64,000 bases of DNA from Octopus sinensis (taxonomy: Eukaryota): assembly GCF_006345805.1 (NCBI RefSeq), contig NC_042998.1, forward strand, positions 120,280,001 through 120,344,000, read 5' to 3'. Position numbers and translations under genes: made by a program. Positions 26,372-39,334 of this stretch are shown piece by piece. The notes under the pieces were generated by a model that saw nothing but the letters and a program-made list of their open reading frames with translations, did no database searches and was not told the origin of the DNA. Numbering within the stretch: the stretch's first letter is position 1; the number at the start of each line of letters is the position of its first letter.

Positions 26372-28362
26372 TGAGCAAACGCCCCCCCATCCATTGGACG
26401 GTTTGTATAGGTGAAGAGGGTTAACTTGGATGGTGTTAAGTTGTGGAGATGTTTGGTGATTGTATGGGGTTGTTACTTTTGGTTAGGGCATTAAAGATTC
26501 CTGAGATGTTAAAACTGTTGACTGTTTCTTCTAAATAAGGAAGATTAATTGATAGTGAATCTTAACACAGTGAACCTTTTCAAAATTGTCATGAAGCCAA
26601 TAAAATGAAGGGAAGCTGTTCAGCCCACAATATATACAACTTCCAGTGGAATCACACATCATAATTAACCTTAAACTTTTTGCACTCAAATGCTTTCACA
26701 TTAGGATAAGCACAATGTATTCTTCCATAGTACATACTTCATGTTGACACCTATACGTCAGACTGAATGCTGCTTTATCTCCAAAGTGACTATTGCAAGT
26801 GATATTTAAGCAATAAACAGTTCTATGGCTTTCGCATTTGACAACTGTTGCTTTATATATTTTATTTCGATTTTCACTGGCGTAGTGGTAAGAACTACGG
26901 GGTAAGTAACATTAGTTTCGAATAAAAATATAAATGGAAGTTTTAATCACCGGATGGACAGGCAAACAGAAACTGCTGCTCAATAAAGGCACAAAACTGC
27001 TTAGGGAAGTCTCTCTTCTCTCAAAAGTTGACACAAAAAGAGATGAAACTTGGGGGTGAAGTAACACAATGTGCAATAAAATAACATAAGGCATGTTTCT
27101 TTGCAAATCAATTTTATCTAAAAAATTGAACAATACCGCTTATTTTTTAAAGTTGGATGAGAAACATTAGGCAAGATTTTAGATGTAACCCCCCAAATTT
27201 TTCATGTTTTATAAGTAGTCAATTAGTCTTTTCTACTTTCAATTGAATTTTGTTGAGAATATCTTCAGAAAATTCAGTAATCACCAGTTATTTATTTGCT
27301 TTATTTTCAAGTTACTGCCTTTTCCTAGTAGTTTTTCATGTCATCTGGTTTATTGCGCGAAAAACAGCCGCAAGAACACATTTCACTGCAAATGCATGTG
27401 GTTGATTACAGTTAATTAAAGTTAGAGTGATATTCATTTTTTTAGCCGCTTACAAACATGTGAAAATGCAGAAATGAAAACAGTTGTTCTTGGTCTAATA
27501 TTTAAATCAAAATGAGACTTACAAATAGTGAGCTTTATTTACATATATCTGTCATTTAAATGTGAAATCGTAGAAATGAATTGTTTAGAACGTTGGTTAA
27601 TGATCATGATGATGGAAGAAACAGGACAAAAAGGAATGTAAACAGTTCGAATGGCAGGAAGGCAATCTATATGTTAAATTGATGTGGGCAAGTGGAAGGC
27701 TATCCAATAAAAATCAAAAATGGTCAGTTTCAAACTAGGGCGTTTTTGGAAGAGTAAGTAATCACAGAAAAGACTAACCTTAAAGGGCTTTCAACTCCAT
27801 GGAAATAACTATTGGAGGGCTGCCTTGTAAACCACATTCCTTGTCAATCCTCTGAGAGCATAGTAAAATAGATTGGCTGAGTTTCCAACTCTCGAACAGT
27901 CTACATACAGTTGCCTGTGTGAAAAACATGGAGTGCTGAAGTCCAGCCCAACCACTTTGAGTGACTGCTCCCAGGCTTTGTTGATGGTCATGGCAAAGCT
28001 TAGTCATACGGGAAACTGTGCACTGATATTTAAACAATTAACAATTCTTTGGCTTTTGCATTTGACAACTGTTACTTTAAGTATTTTATTTTGATTTTCA
28101 CTGATGTAGTGGTAAGAACAAGGGGATAAGTATCAGTAGTTTCAAATAATAATAAAAATGGAAGTTTTAATCATCTGATAGACAGGCAAACATTACAAAA
28201 GTAGTGATTCTCACTTGGAAAGTGACAATTTTGAAGATCTTTTTAGATTACAGAATGTCCCGCTCTCTCGTATCCATGTTTAAAATTTCAGTACAATTGG
28301 ATGAACAATACTTGAGTTATAAGCACATAAAAAAACTGACAGAGTGGGATTTATATATATAT
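26372..28362 (-). mobile_element. Composite non-autonomous Helitron relic with a RepHel (PIF1 helicase) C-terminal fragment
   Basis: 27809-28020 minus reads [44 protein letters not shown]...[11 protein letters not shown] (PIF1 helicase terminal motifs). CTAG|T end at 27735-27738. A second 3'-like end has a hairpin at 26387-26401. Outer boundaries are inferred. Confidence 0.75.
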
Positions 28363-28388
28363 ACACACACACACACGCATGCATACAC

Positions 28389-28419
<31 letters not shown>

Positions 28420-28425
28420 TTTCTT

Positions 28426-28583
28426 GGTGCAGGCATGGCTGTGTGGTAAGAAGCTTGCTTCCCAATCACATGGTTCTAGGTTGAGTCCCACTGCATTTGG
28501 GTAAGTGTCTTCTTTTATAGCCTCAAGCCAACCAAGGCCCTGAGAGTGGATTTGGTAGATGGAAACTGAGAGAAGCCCATTGC

Positions 28584-28614
<31 letters not shown>

Positions 28615-28631
28615 CACATATATGTGTATGT
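28426..28631 (+). mobile_element. SINE family A, 3'-truncated at its (TA)n tract
   Basis: Head and body collinear with 18617-18790, ending in (TA)n. Confidence 0.88.
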
Positions 28632-29170
28632 ATATAGAAAAGGTGTTGGTAGAAACTCCATAAGATGTACCCAGTGTAAGCTATGGACACATAAGAGGTG
28701 CTGCAATATCAAAGGATGCACAGGGGAAATAAACACCACAGATGCTCAGAAAATAGATTCCATCACACTCCAGGGGCAGAAACTAGAACTAGTTGATAGC
28801 TTCAGCTACCTAGGTGACCAAGTTAGTAGTGGGGGTGGATGCTCAGAGAGTGTTACCACTAGAATAAGAATAGCCTGGGCAAAGTTTTGAAAGCTTCTAC
28901 CCCTGCTGGTGACAAAGGACCTCTTGCTCAGAATGAAAGGTAGATTGTACGATGCATGTGTGCAAACTGCCATGCTTCATGGCGGTGAAACATGGGCCAT
29001 GACTGCGGCGGATGTGTGTAGGCTCGAAAGAAATGAAGCTAGCATGATCCGCTGGATGTGTAATGTCAGTGTGCATACATGACAGTGTAAGAACCCTGAG
29101 AGAAATGTTGGACATTAGAAGCATTGGATGTGGTGTGCAAAAGAGATGTTTGCGCTGGTATGATCATTGA
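28632..29170 (+). mobile_element. RTE-clade LINE ORF fragment (5'- and 3'-truncated)
   Basis: YRKGVGRNSIRCTQCKLWTHKRC...LELVDSFSYLGDQVSSGGGCSESVTTRIRIAWAKF*KLLPLL...LYDACVQTAMLHGGETWAMT...RLERNEASMIRWMCNV. Confidence 0.9.
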
Positions 29171-30059
29171 CGTATGGGGCATTTCTCTTGTCCCACTTGA
29201 CACATCTTTATCCATTAGTCTTTGTGTATACACATCATATGTCCATATAAGCTCAGTTTCGTCTCTTGCACACTGATTTCTGTGATACCTAGTTCTTTCT
29301 CCACCAGCTCATTTGTGCTACATCATTTATGCAGACTAACATTACATATCCAGCTGAACTTGCTTACATTATTATTTTTTTTCCATGTTTCACATATCGT
29401 TCTCATTAGCACTCATGTTTTGCTACATATGCAGTATCACACTTCATGTACAAGGGTCATACAATCTTCTCTTCACTTGGGGAAAAAAATCCCTTGTTGC
29501 TGGTGAAGGTAATAGTTTATTCTCGCTATCATGATTTCAGAATAGTCATCTCTACTGTTAATTAGCTCACCTAAGTAACTGATACTGTCATCTAATTCCT
29601 GAGAATCTTCCAGGCATTGGAAATATTAATTTCATGGGCCTTACTGCTAACTGCTACTATATATGTACTACATAAAAAAAAAAAAGAATTCTTATTTATC
29701 AGCTTGTCAGAGATACCATTGCATCTCTAGTACACCCACAACTAACATTACATACACAATATAAAGTTTTTACGAACTTCTTTTCTGACGAGCATAGCTA
29801 CTTACCAGATGGTCACCTCTAGATTTGAGATGTAGCTTTCACTTCTATAATTTCTTCTCTACTTCAACAGAAGTATGAGAACTTGGTTATCAGCATACAT
29901 AAGTTTCCATGAATACCAATCTTAAACTCCTGTTATGGACTGGATAACAATAATAAACACGAAGGAGGCTAAGAACAAACTCCTGGCAGGCACCTATATA
30001 TGTACCTTGCTGAATTCATAACTGCTTTATGGTTAAACAATATGTTCAACTATCTACAA

Positions 30060-30175
30060 TATAGTTATGTATAATAATGTTTCATTACCCATAGTACACC
30101 TATGTATAGTATTGTTTCACCAACCATAATACATCACAGTATAATAATGCTTCACTAATCACAGTACATGCTATA
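30060..30175. repeat. Degenerate minisatellite of about 33 bp (tataataatgtttcac.aaccacagtaca); resumes at about 31390-31510
   Basis: The same unit appears on both sides of the 30180-31370 insertion complex. Confidence 0.75.
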
Positions 30176-30180
30176 AAATC

Positions 30181-30369
30181 TTTTCTTCTATAGGCACAAG
30201 GCTTGAAATTTTGGGGGAGTGGGCTAGTTGATTATATTGACTGTAGTTCTTGACTGGTACATATTTTATCAACCCAGCAAAGATGAAAGGCAAAGTCAAC
30301 CTCTGTGGAATTTAAACTTAGAAGTTAAAGCTGGTAAAAAAGCTGCTATACATTTTGTCTGGTATATTC
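30181..30369 (-). mobile_element. SINE family C, head-truncated; inverted twin at 31149-31316
   Basis: Family C body; see the inverted-duplication finding. Confidence 0.85.
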
Positions 30370-30569
30370 TTACTCTTTTACTTGTTTCAGTCATTTGACT
30401 GTGGCCATGCTGGAGCACCACCTTTAGTCGAGCAAATCAACCCAGGACTTATTCTTTGTAAGCCTAGTACTTATTCTATCAGTCTCTTTTGCCGAACCGC
30501 TAAGTGACATGGACATAAACACACCAATGCTAGGGGGACAAACACAGACACACAAACATATACACACAC

Positions 30570-30604
<35 letters not shown>

Positions 30605-31148
30605 CATATATATATAAGGGTAAAGACCCCCTTCGGTCATGAATGACCATGGGATTGCACCTAGAAAGTTACCCTCCTAGACACAAGTCCGGGCAAGGTT
30701 GTTTATGGAAGACCAGCAGTCGCCCATGCATACCAGCCTCCCCTCTCCACACCACCAGTGTTATCCAAGGGAAAGACAAAGGTCAATACAGCTTGGCACC
30801 AGTGACGTCGCAACTCATTTCTACAGCTGAGTGAACTGGAGCAACGTGAAATAAAGTGCCTTGCTCAAGAACACAACACGCAGCCCGGTCCGTGATTCGA
30901 GCTCACAACCTCACGATCGTAAGCTCGACGCTCTAACCACTGAGCCATGTGCCTATATATATACACACATATATACACATATATACGACAGACTTCTTTC
31001 AGTTTCCGTCTACCAAATCCACTCACAAGGCATTGGTCGGCCCGAGGCTATAGCAGAAGACACTTGCCCAAGATGCCATGCAGTGGGACTGAACCCGGAA
31101 CCATGTGGTTGGTAAGCAAGCTACTTACCACACAGCCACTCCTGCGCC
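30370..31148 (-). mobile_element. SINE family A interrupted by a family B SINE
   Basis: Head GGCGCAGG ends at 31148 and the tail is at about 30370. The two halves are split at the internal (TA)n tract. Confidence 0.92.
30616..30954 (-). mobile_element. tRNA-derived SINE family B with a CORE-like central domain, nested in (TA)n
   Basis: Minus strand reads GGCACATGGCTCAGTGGTTAGAGCG...GTGTTCTTGAGCAAGGCACTT...CAGCTGTAGAAATG. TA repeats on both sides; related + copy at 56358-56680. Confidence 0.88.
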
Positions 31149-32648
31149 AGCTTTTTTTACCAGCTTTAACTTCTAAGTTTAAATTCCACAGAGGTTGACT
31201 TTGCCTTTCATCTTTGCTGGGTTGATAAAATATGTACCAGTCAAGAACTACAGTCAATATAATCAACTAGCCCCCTCCCCCAAAATTTCTAGCCTTGTGC
31301 CTATAGAAGAAAAGATTTTATAGCATGTACTGTGATTAGTGAAGCATTATTATACTGTGATGTATTAACCAACTTGTTGCTTTATACATTACTATAAAAT
31401 GTTTCACCAACCACATCACATCCCTGTATAATAATGTTTCACCAACCGCAATACATGACTATAATAATGTCTCACTAACCACAGTACAGCACTGTATAAT
31501 AATGTTCCATGCACTACATATTCCCTGTTTCTCTAGGCACAGTTACTCCATTGATTTAACTCTATTTCTCCTGACCTTGTACACTGGGGTATTTACGAAA
31601 GTAGATAGACCATGTTTACAGGAATAGATAGACCTTGTGTACAATAATACTCACTGGAGTAATATGACATTGTCTATAGGATCAGTGAAGATATAAGTAA
31701 TTTGAATGTTTACAAAGTATTAATTACTACAGTATTGTGTTGATCATCTTTTACATGAGACTTCTTGAGCCTTCATCATTGCTGTTGGATAGGGCTTAAT
31801 ATAAAACTTCTGATAATTCCCTTATCTTCCCTTCTTTCCCCACTTTCTCCTTACTGCAGTAGCAGCTGCTGCTGCTACTACTGGTGCAGTCAGTGTATGA
31901 CAACATTATCTCTGTCTATAGGACAATGGACCCACCAATTAATGTTGAGTGTGTAAAGTCAGGGAGGGAACAAGGGGAAGGGGAGAAGATAGTAGATTGA
32001 TATCTAAAGAGTCTGTCAGGCAATACCAGGGACTACATTCTAGCATCGGATCACATCCATAGTTGATTTTCTTCCTGTCTCTATCATGCATCCACATGCA
32101 ACTATTATAAGCCTAAATATCTGCTATGCAGTATTTTGGGATCTTTCTAGGCATGATTTGCTGCAGTTATTTTACTAGATTTCAATTCCAAGATTTATTT
32201 TACTGTTCAAGGAAAATTTACTGCAACATGGACTGTATGTAAAAAAAATATTTAAAACTGTAGTATTCTAAAGATAAAGGAATGAAGTTGGGCAGTAATG
32301 TAATACTTGTACAAGGAGCAACAGGAGGAGATCCTGCCTCAGACAACTTACTGTTCTATGCATTGGTAAGAAAATGCTCTGCTATAGACAGTCCTTATGT
32401 TGGAGAAAACAGGTATTTTCTTCTTTTTGGAATTTTGATACATTAGATAAGCCTATTCTAAAGGTTTATTCTTTAAAATTAGTCAACTGTTGTAATTGTG
32501 AAGTAAATATCACCTTAAAATCTTTTAAGTGTATGTGTATATACACACACACACGATTTTCTTCTCATACTTATGTAGATAAACATACAGAAAGTTTGAT
32601 TCATTACTGTTAACATACTCATTTAATCAACATACATGATTGTACATA

Positions 32649-32649
<1 letters not shown>

Positions 32650-32688
<39 letters not shown>

Positions 32689-32765
32689 CATATGTGCACG
32701 TATGCATATTTACATACATATGTGCATGCATGCATATTTACACACACACACACACACACACACAA
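32650..32765. repeat. (TG)n ... (CA)n compound tract, self-complementary
   Basis: (TG)n at about 32650-32690 and (CA)n at about 32740-32765. Confidence 0.9.
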
Positions 32766-35700
32766 ACTATCTAAAGATAGAAAAATATTTTCTCCTTCAT
32801 ATTATCAAGAACATCTGGTCCAGTAGTTATTAAATTTTGTAAGTGATTCAGGCATATATAAGCTTTTATATGACTCACATACAGGTCTCAGTGTAAATGT
32901 GGAATCTTACAGACTTTTTCTCCTGATGTAATTTTAAACTGTTCCTATAAGATACATATCTATTTGAATCTAATCCCAACAAAATGAATAATCAATCTAT
33001 CTTTATAAAATCTTTGTATGTTTATTTATGTATGAGGTTGAACTTATGTTGTGATTCATTTCTTAAGTTTTTAACTGTCTTATGTTGTTTTCTTGAGGCT
33101 CAGATAATTCATGTAATCTGTTTTTCAGGATACCTTTTGGATGCTCAATGAAATTACTTTGGTTATACAAATCTTTGTGATTGTTTAGTCTTCAGTAGTA
33201 AACATGTCATTGCCATGTTTTCAGTTTCAAGCTTCGTTACATTTTGGTGTCAGTTTACTCTGAGTATGTTTAAACTTCATCATATTATCCTACTTAAGTT
33301 ATTTACAATGCATACACTTTCATTTTACATATCTTCCTTGCTAAAGTCATTTACTGTATTAAACCCTTGATTTATTTTCAATCTGCTTTTGCTAGAAATA
33401 TTTCATAAACGTTTTCCTTCCAAAGTGTAAGCAACCCTAGCATCACAAAGATACCATCAAAAAGCTCAGTTATTATGGTTCCTAACATCTTCAGTGAGAT
33501 AGGTAGTGGGTGGAATTGATGAAGCAACAGACAGAAAGTGTTCTGCAACATTTTGCTATGTCCCATAACAGTTCTAAATTCAATTCTGACTTTTATCCCT
33601 CCTGTGTTAATAAAGTCAATACCTGGCATGAACTGAAGTATCACTAATCAGCTGTTCCCTCACACCAAATTTGAAGACTTGTGTGCTTATGTTAGGAATC
33701 ATTTTGAAACAATTAATTAATTTAGTTATTATTACAGATGTGAACAAATTTACTTTAAACTGACATTGCCATTATTATACTTATTTGGATATTAATATTT
33801 TTGTGATAATAAATGAGTATAATAATTATGTATTCACTAGTTGGTGACTAGAAACATGGAAGTTGCAGTTTGTGTATTCATACCTTTCTCAAGTAGTGTT
33901 AATTTAACCTTTGCATAAGTATTTAACTTGTATTCAGTAATAGCTTAATGATAGCATGAAGTCTTAGCTTAACTGATGGTGGTGTAATATATTGTCATAT
34001 TTAATAGTAGTCTAATATCTTTACTTTTAAAGTAATGCAACATCTTATTCTAATAAAAGTTTGATATCTAATCACCTTTAGTAACAATGTGATATCAGAT
34101 CATTTAATAACTGTAACATCATACTTGATGGTAGTGTAATGCTTGAGTGTATCCGATGGAATTGCAGTTATCTTACATTTTTCCTGGAGGTTTAATATCA
34201 TATTGGATAATCTGGTAATTTCACCTATTAACAATGTAAATATAATTAATAACTTCCGCTGAAGCAGCTTACCTTCAAAACAATATCAACAAGACTCTTA
34301 CTTTTAATACAGTATTACTTATCTTATTCAGTAAACTTCTGTTTATATTGTGCTTTTATTGATCTCTATAAATTTTGGGTATATGTATTGTACAACCAAG
34401 GAGTGACTGATCTCTGTAACCAGTGATGTCTCTCTTTCTACATTCATAAGCATATGCATATACATACAACAGCAACAAAGCAAACTGTTCTTGATCCAGG
34501 TTCTTGAACAGAGCAAACACCCAAAATATATACCAATTAGGGAGCCTGTACCTGGTCACTTTATGTACTAGAAGTTTCAGCCAAATTTTCTCTCAAATCA
34601 CGCTCTAGTATCTCAGAAAAAATATCTAAGACTTAATAAGATAATGTAGTATTAGACAGATTATGCCTGGAGATGGGGGAAACAGCAACAACAACAAAAA
34701 AAAAGGAATAGAGTATTTTTGGTCAAAAGTATCAAGGCTTACCTTAGTTAGCCTGTGCCAAGACAACAGTAATTAGGTTCCTTTCTCCACTCCACAGCTG
34801 AGGGTTTAGTGTTAGCAAAGATGCCATCTAGCTGCAAAAACAGTTGCTTCAACAAATAAGCCATTTCATACATGCTAGTAGTTTGAAATATTAACTTTGA
34901 AAAAAAAAAGTAAAACTTTCACTTTTAAGATGAGGCATTAATTCCTGTTTGTGTGACAGGAAACAAGATGACAGATTCACCACTTGTCTCACCTGGCAGC
35001 CAAAAGAGAGATGACTCAATAGGTCACTTATAATGGATTAGCAGTTTAAGTTAGACTCCTGCTGAAGACATTTTAATATTTTGTCTCCCAAAATTGCTAA
35101 AATGTCATTGTCACAGTGGTATTTGTACTTTCTTTTGTTAACACCATTTGTTCTAAAATATTTACTGCACCAAAGAATATTTATGTATTTGAAACCTAAA
35201 TAGGTACTTTCTGATAGATATACCTTAGTGCATAGACCCCCAAGTACTCTGTAGCAGTGTACACATATCAAACCTACTGTAAAGTGTTTTTTTTTATTCT
35301 ATTGGTGTGAAAGTCTGATACAGACAATTCATATTTATTTATAAAATAGCTCTCAGCTGGTACAAGGGTGAATTAATTTATGTATTGGTGTTAGCTCGAC
35401 AAATATTAATTATTAGGACCCTAATACAGCAGGAAAATGTTTAAAAACATTAGTATGTTTACACACACACACACACACACAGCCATATGTACAGCAATGT
35501 AGCTAGATTGTGTGCTATCTGGGGCAGCCCTTGAGTTTGGCCCACCCCCTATACAGGTATATACACTAATTAAAAATGTGCTCCTCCCATAAAAGCACCA
35601 TCCCAAGCACGCACACCCCAGCTATGCTACAGCATGTACAGTGTAGAATCTTTTTAAAAATCCAAAATTATGGTTAAATTCAGTACCATTTCTATGCAGT

Positions 35701-37825
35701 AGAGAATTTGTTCTGATTCACACTAAGTTTTACTTCTCTCCAAAACCGTTTCAACCTAGAAATACATTATACTGTAAAATGTTGAAGCTATATAGGTAAT
35801 ATTATTAATGTATCAATATTTATTGTATTCAACAACTTAGTGGTATTGTCCACCCGTAACAACACCAACAATAATGATTTCAGTAGAATGGTTCATAAAC
35901 AAAACAACAACTTTACTATCAACTACAAGTGCTGTCATGTGCTTAAAGTCAACTAAGAAAGCATGTTTGAGTTTTTTAACATGTCTTGACATGTTGTGTG
36001 ACCATTGTCAAAAACCAGAAAGAAACAGAAAAGAAAAGAAACTTGTGACTATATTTGGGCTGTTTTGTTGATTGCTAGGCTAGTGAAGTCTTACCTTGCT
36101 TGGTACAAGTAAAGCCTAGCAATTCCTGGTTGTAGAAAATGTGCCTCAATAAATTCTGTCTAACCAATGCAAACATGGAAAAGTGGATATAAAAACAATG
36201 ATTATGACAACCACCACCACCACAACCACCATTGACAACTACAATGAACAATATAGTTTCATTACACAATTTCAGTGCACATGCTTTGGCATTTTGAGTT
36301 ATCAGTTGTTGTTTAGCCTCAGGTCCTCCCTGATCAAGAAGATTGTATTGAAAAATGATCCAACTGTAACCTTCCCTTGTGTTTATCAAGAACTATATTC
36401 TCTAGAGTATAGTTATTAAAGATTGTAGGCTGTAATTTGAAGAAGATATGGCTGTATTACTATAACAGGTCAAGTGACCACACAGAGACTCCCACATTGG
36501 TCATTGAGTCATCAATTGTTTCATTAGGTGTATGCGCTTCATACTGCAATATCTGTATTATATTTTCTCTGTCACATCATTTCTGATTACCTGGCATTAG
36601 TGTCTTGGTATTTCTTCATGGCACTGTCAGTTTTCTGATAAATCTTCATGTCCTATCAGTTTCACCGGCATCTATGGTACCCTTAACTCATTAGACTGAT
36701 ATATCTTCATGATACTTGTTAAACCACCAATCCAATATGTTTCTATAGCATCATTAAAGAAGCTCTTGTACAAATATTCTATTTCAGAGTTGTATTTGTC
36801 TGGGAAGTGGTATTACTTGAGATTTTGTGTTGAAACCAAATAATTAAACTATGAGTTATGCTAGCAACATAAAGCACACAAGCTTAAGTACAATTCCACT
36901 GGAGTACAGTGAATTTTAGACCACTCTGAAGTGTGTATCTGTCTGCCAGTCTTCTTTTTCAAACTGACATATATTGCTACACCAAAATTAATGTTGATAG
37001 ATTATTATGTTAATATATTGCCTGCTGCATACCTTTACACTGTGAGCTCAAATCTCGCTGAGGTTAACTTTGTTTTTCATCCTTCCAAGGTTCATAAAAT
37101 ATAGACCAATTGAATACTTAGGTTGCTCTAACCAACTATACCACTATTTACTGCACTTGAGTCTTTGTATCTATATAAGAAATCAATATATTTTTGAATT
37201 ATTTGTGGTTTCTAATCTTTATTGGTCTCTAGATTATCGAAAATTAGAAGAGGTGCAATAACTACGTATGGCATTCTTTGCATGTGAAGTTTGTAGCCAA
37301 ACTGATTTATGAGTTCTTTGCCTCATTGTTTGGTTATGTCCCTCATGTCCTTCTTTTTTGTTACACATGCTATTCCTATCTTTTTGTACATGAACAAACC
37401 TGTTTGTTGTCATTCCCCACTCACACAGACTAAATATCTCTCTCAAACCTACACCTCAGCCATGAACAAAGATCTCATAAACATCCTCTAAAGGGCCATA
37501 ACAATCACAATAGAATCACGAAGCAGTTATTGCATATATGAAAGAAACAATCTTGTACTTCCCTTTCTCAAATTTTGGGTAACAAACAATTGAAAAAAAA
37601 CCCAACAAAAACTGGAAAATTCTCTACAAATTTTGATTCTTTCTGCTGAACCCCCATCCATGATATAGGTAAAACTCTAAGACAGGCCTTTTCTTCTGAA
37701 TCATAATGAAGTAGTGGCCTTCTACAAAGCTCCAAAGCACACCTCCTCTCCTACATCTAGGTAACTCTATTGCTAGTGCACATACAAGAATCCTACTTTT
37801 CAATAAATAATAATAATCCTTACGA

Positions 37826-38030
37826 CTGGAAGCACAATGCCTCAAATTTGGGGGAAGGGATTAAGTTGATTACATTGACCCCAGTGCATAACTGGTACTT
37901 GTTTAATCGACCTCAAAAGGATGAAAGGCGAGGTCGACCCCAGTGGAATTTGAACCCAGAATGTAACAGCAGACAAAATACTGCTAAGCATTTCGTCCAG
38001 CGCGCTAATGATTCTGCCAGCTCGCCGTCT
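37826..38030 (-). mobile_element. SINE family C, well preserved
   Basis: Head gacggcgagctggcagaatc (minus strand) through the full body. Confidence 0.9.
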
Positions 38031-39334
38031 TAATAATAATGATAATTAATAATAATAATAATTAAAAGCTATCCAATTTTTTTACCAAATTTTACTAATC
38101 AACACATTACCACATATGTCATGTCACCTCTCTGTCTATTCTATTGATGCTATTTCTGTTTCTACTCTTGAATCAGCTTGTGCATACCACTACTGTTTAT
38201 GGACTTCTCTTCCTCCCAGGTTTTTTTTTCTTTTATAGCTTACTAAACATCAACTGATCTCACAAGTTTTCAAAGGCTTGCAAAGGTCATGACCACTGCT
38301 CCTTAAGCTTAAGCATATATATATATTAATAATAAAAAGAAAACTCTGTACCCCAAATAATTAAAAGCACAAAATAAAATTTTATTACATTAGTTTTCTT
38401 TACACAGAGAATAAGAGAGAGATAATTACTGAAACTGTGGTTCCTTTTAATGAAATAGCCAATATTTACAATACTGCCTAAACAGGATGCCAAGGCCAGA
38501 CATAATATTTAGAAAGTCCAGCCTTCCGCTTCATTTATAGTCAATCCATTGAAGAATGATTGTTTTTTAATCAGTCAAGGGCGAAAAGTTATGGTTATAT
38601 TTTGCAAGTTTTTTTGTTTGTTTATTTTGTTTTGCTTTGTTTTATTTATCACTGTTGGGTTACAGCTAAATGTAGAAGTTATTGGGAGTGTGGATTACAT
38701 AATACCTGGAGTAGTGCTATTGCTGCAGAAACACTCTAAGGCTAAGGTAATTGACCAATTGGTGTTTCCATTCGGTGGCCCACAAAGATGCTGTTTTCTT
38801 TTTCTGCTGCTCTGTCCCTCCTCCTCATCCTCTTCTAAATTGTGTACCCTCTCTACTATTTTCTGATGTTTCTTACCCAGCAAACTCCTCTGCAAGTATT
38901 TTCTGCTTTAATTTCCCTTCATTTGTTTAAATTTTCTTTTCTGACTTAATGTATACAAGTCTGCACTGGCTATGTATCGCTTATTTTTAAGTTATGGTGT
39001 GAGGGAAATTTGGTTACCATTATAGCATGTCAAAACACTGCGTAGAGACTTCTGATCCTTGACTAGACAGAAATCTAAAACAATTGATCAGTGAATATGC
39101 AAGCAAAAGCTTGATCAATCAAGATTATCAGAAGCTAAACAACAACGAAGAAAATACTTTCTCAAACATTTTTGTTCTAGCTCTGTAACCTTTTGGAACT
39201 GATTCCCTGTTTTCCCTTTAGATGTCAGCCTATAGAAGAAAGTCAGGCTAAGCATGAACTGCAGCTGTTTCACAACCATATGCAATAAGCTATTTAGTGT
39301 AGTGACAATTGTAATGGTATAAATAATGATAATA

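Noticed and set aside
36510-36710. Minus-strand MKIYQ.../MKKYQ... repeated peptide
   Set aside because: A degenerate tandem DNA repeat of about 30 bp with stops and frame changes; not a continuous ORF.
39115-39229. Minus-strand exon-like piece LTSKGKTGNQFQKVTELEQKCLRK...
   Set aside because: Good acceptor, but no recognisable homology and no convincing linkage to other exons.
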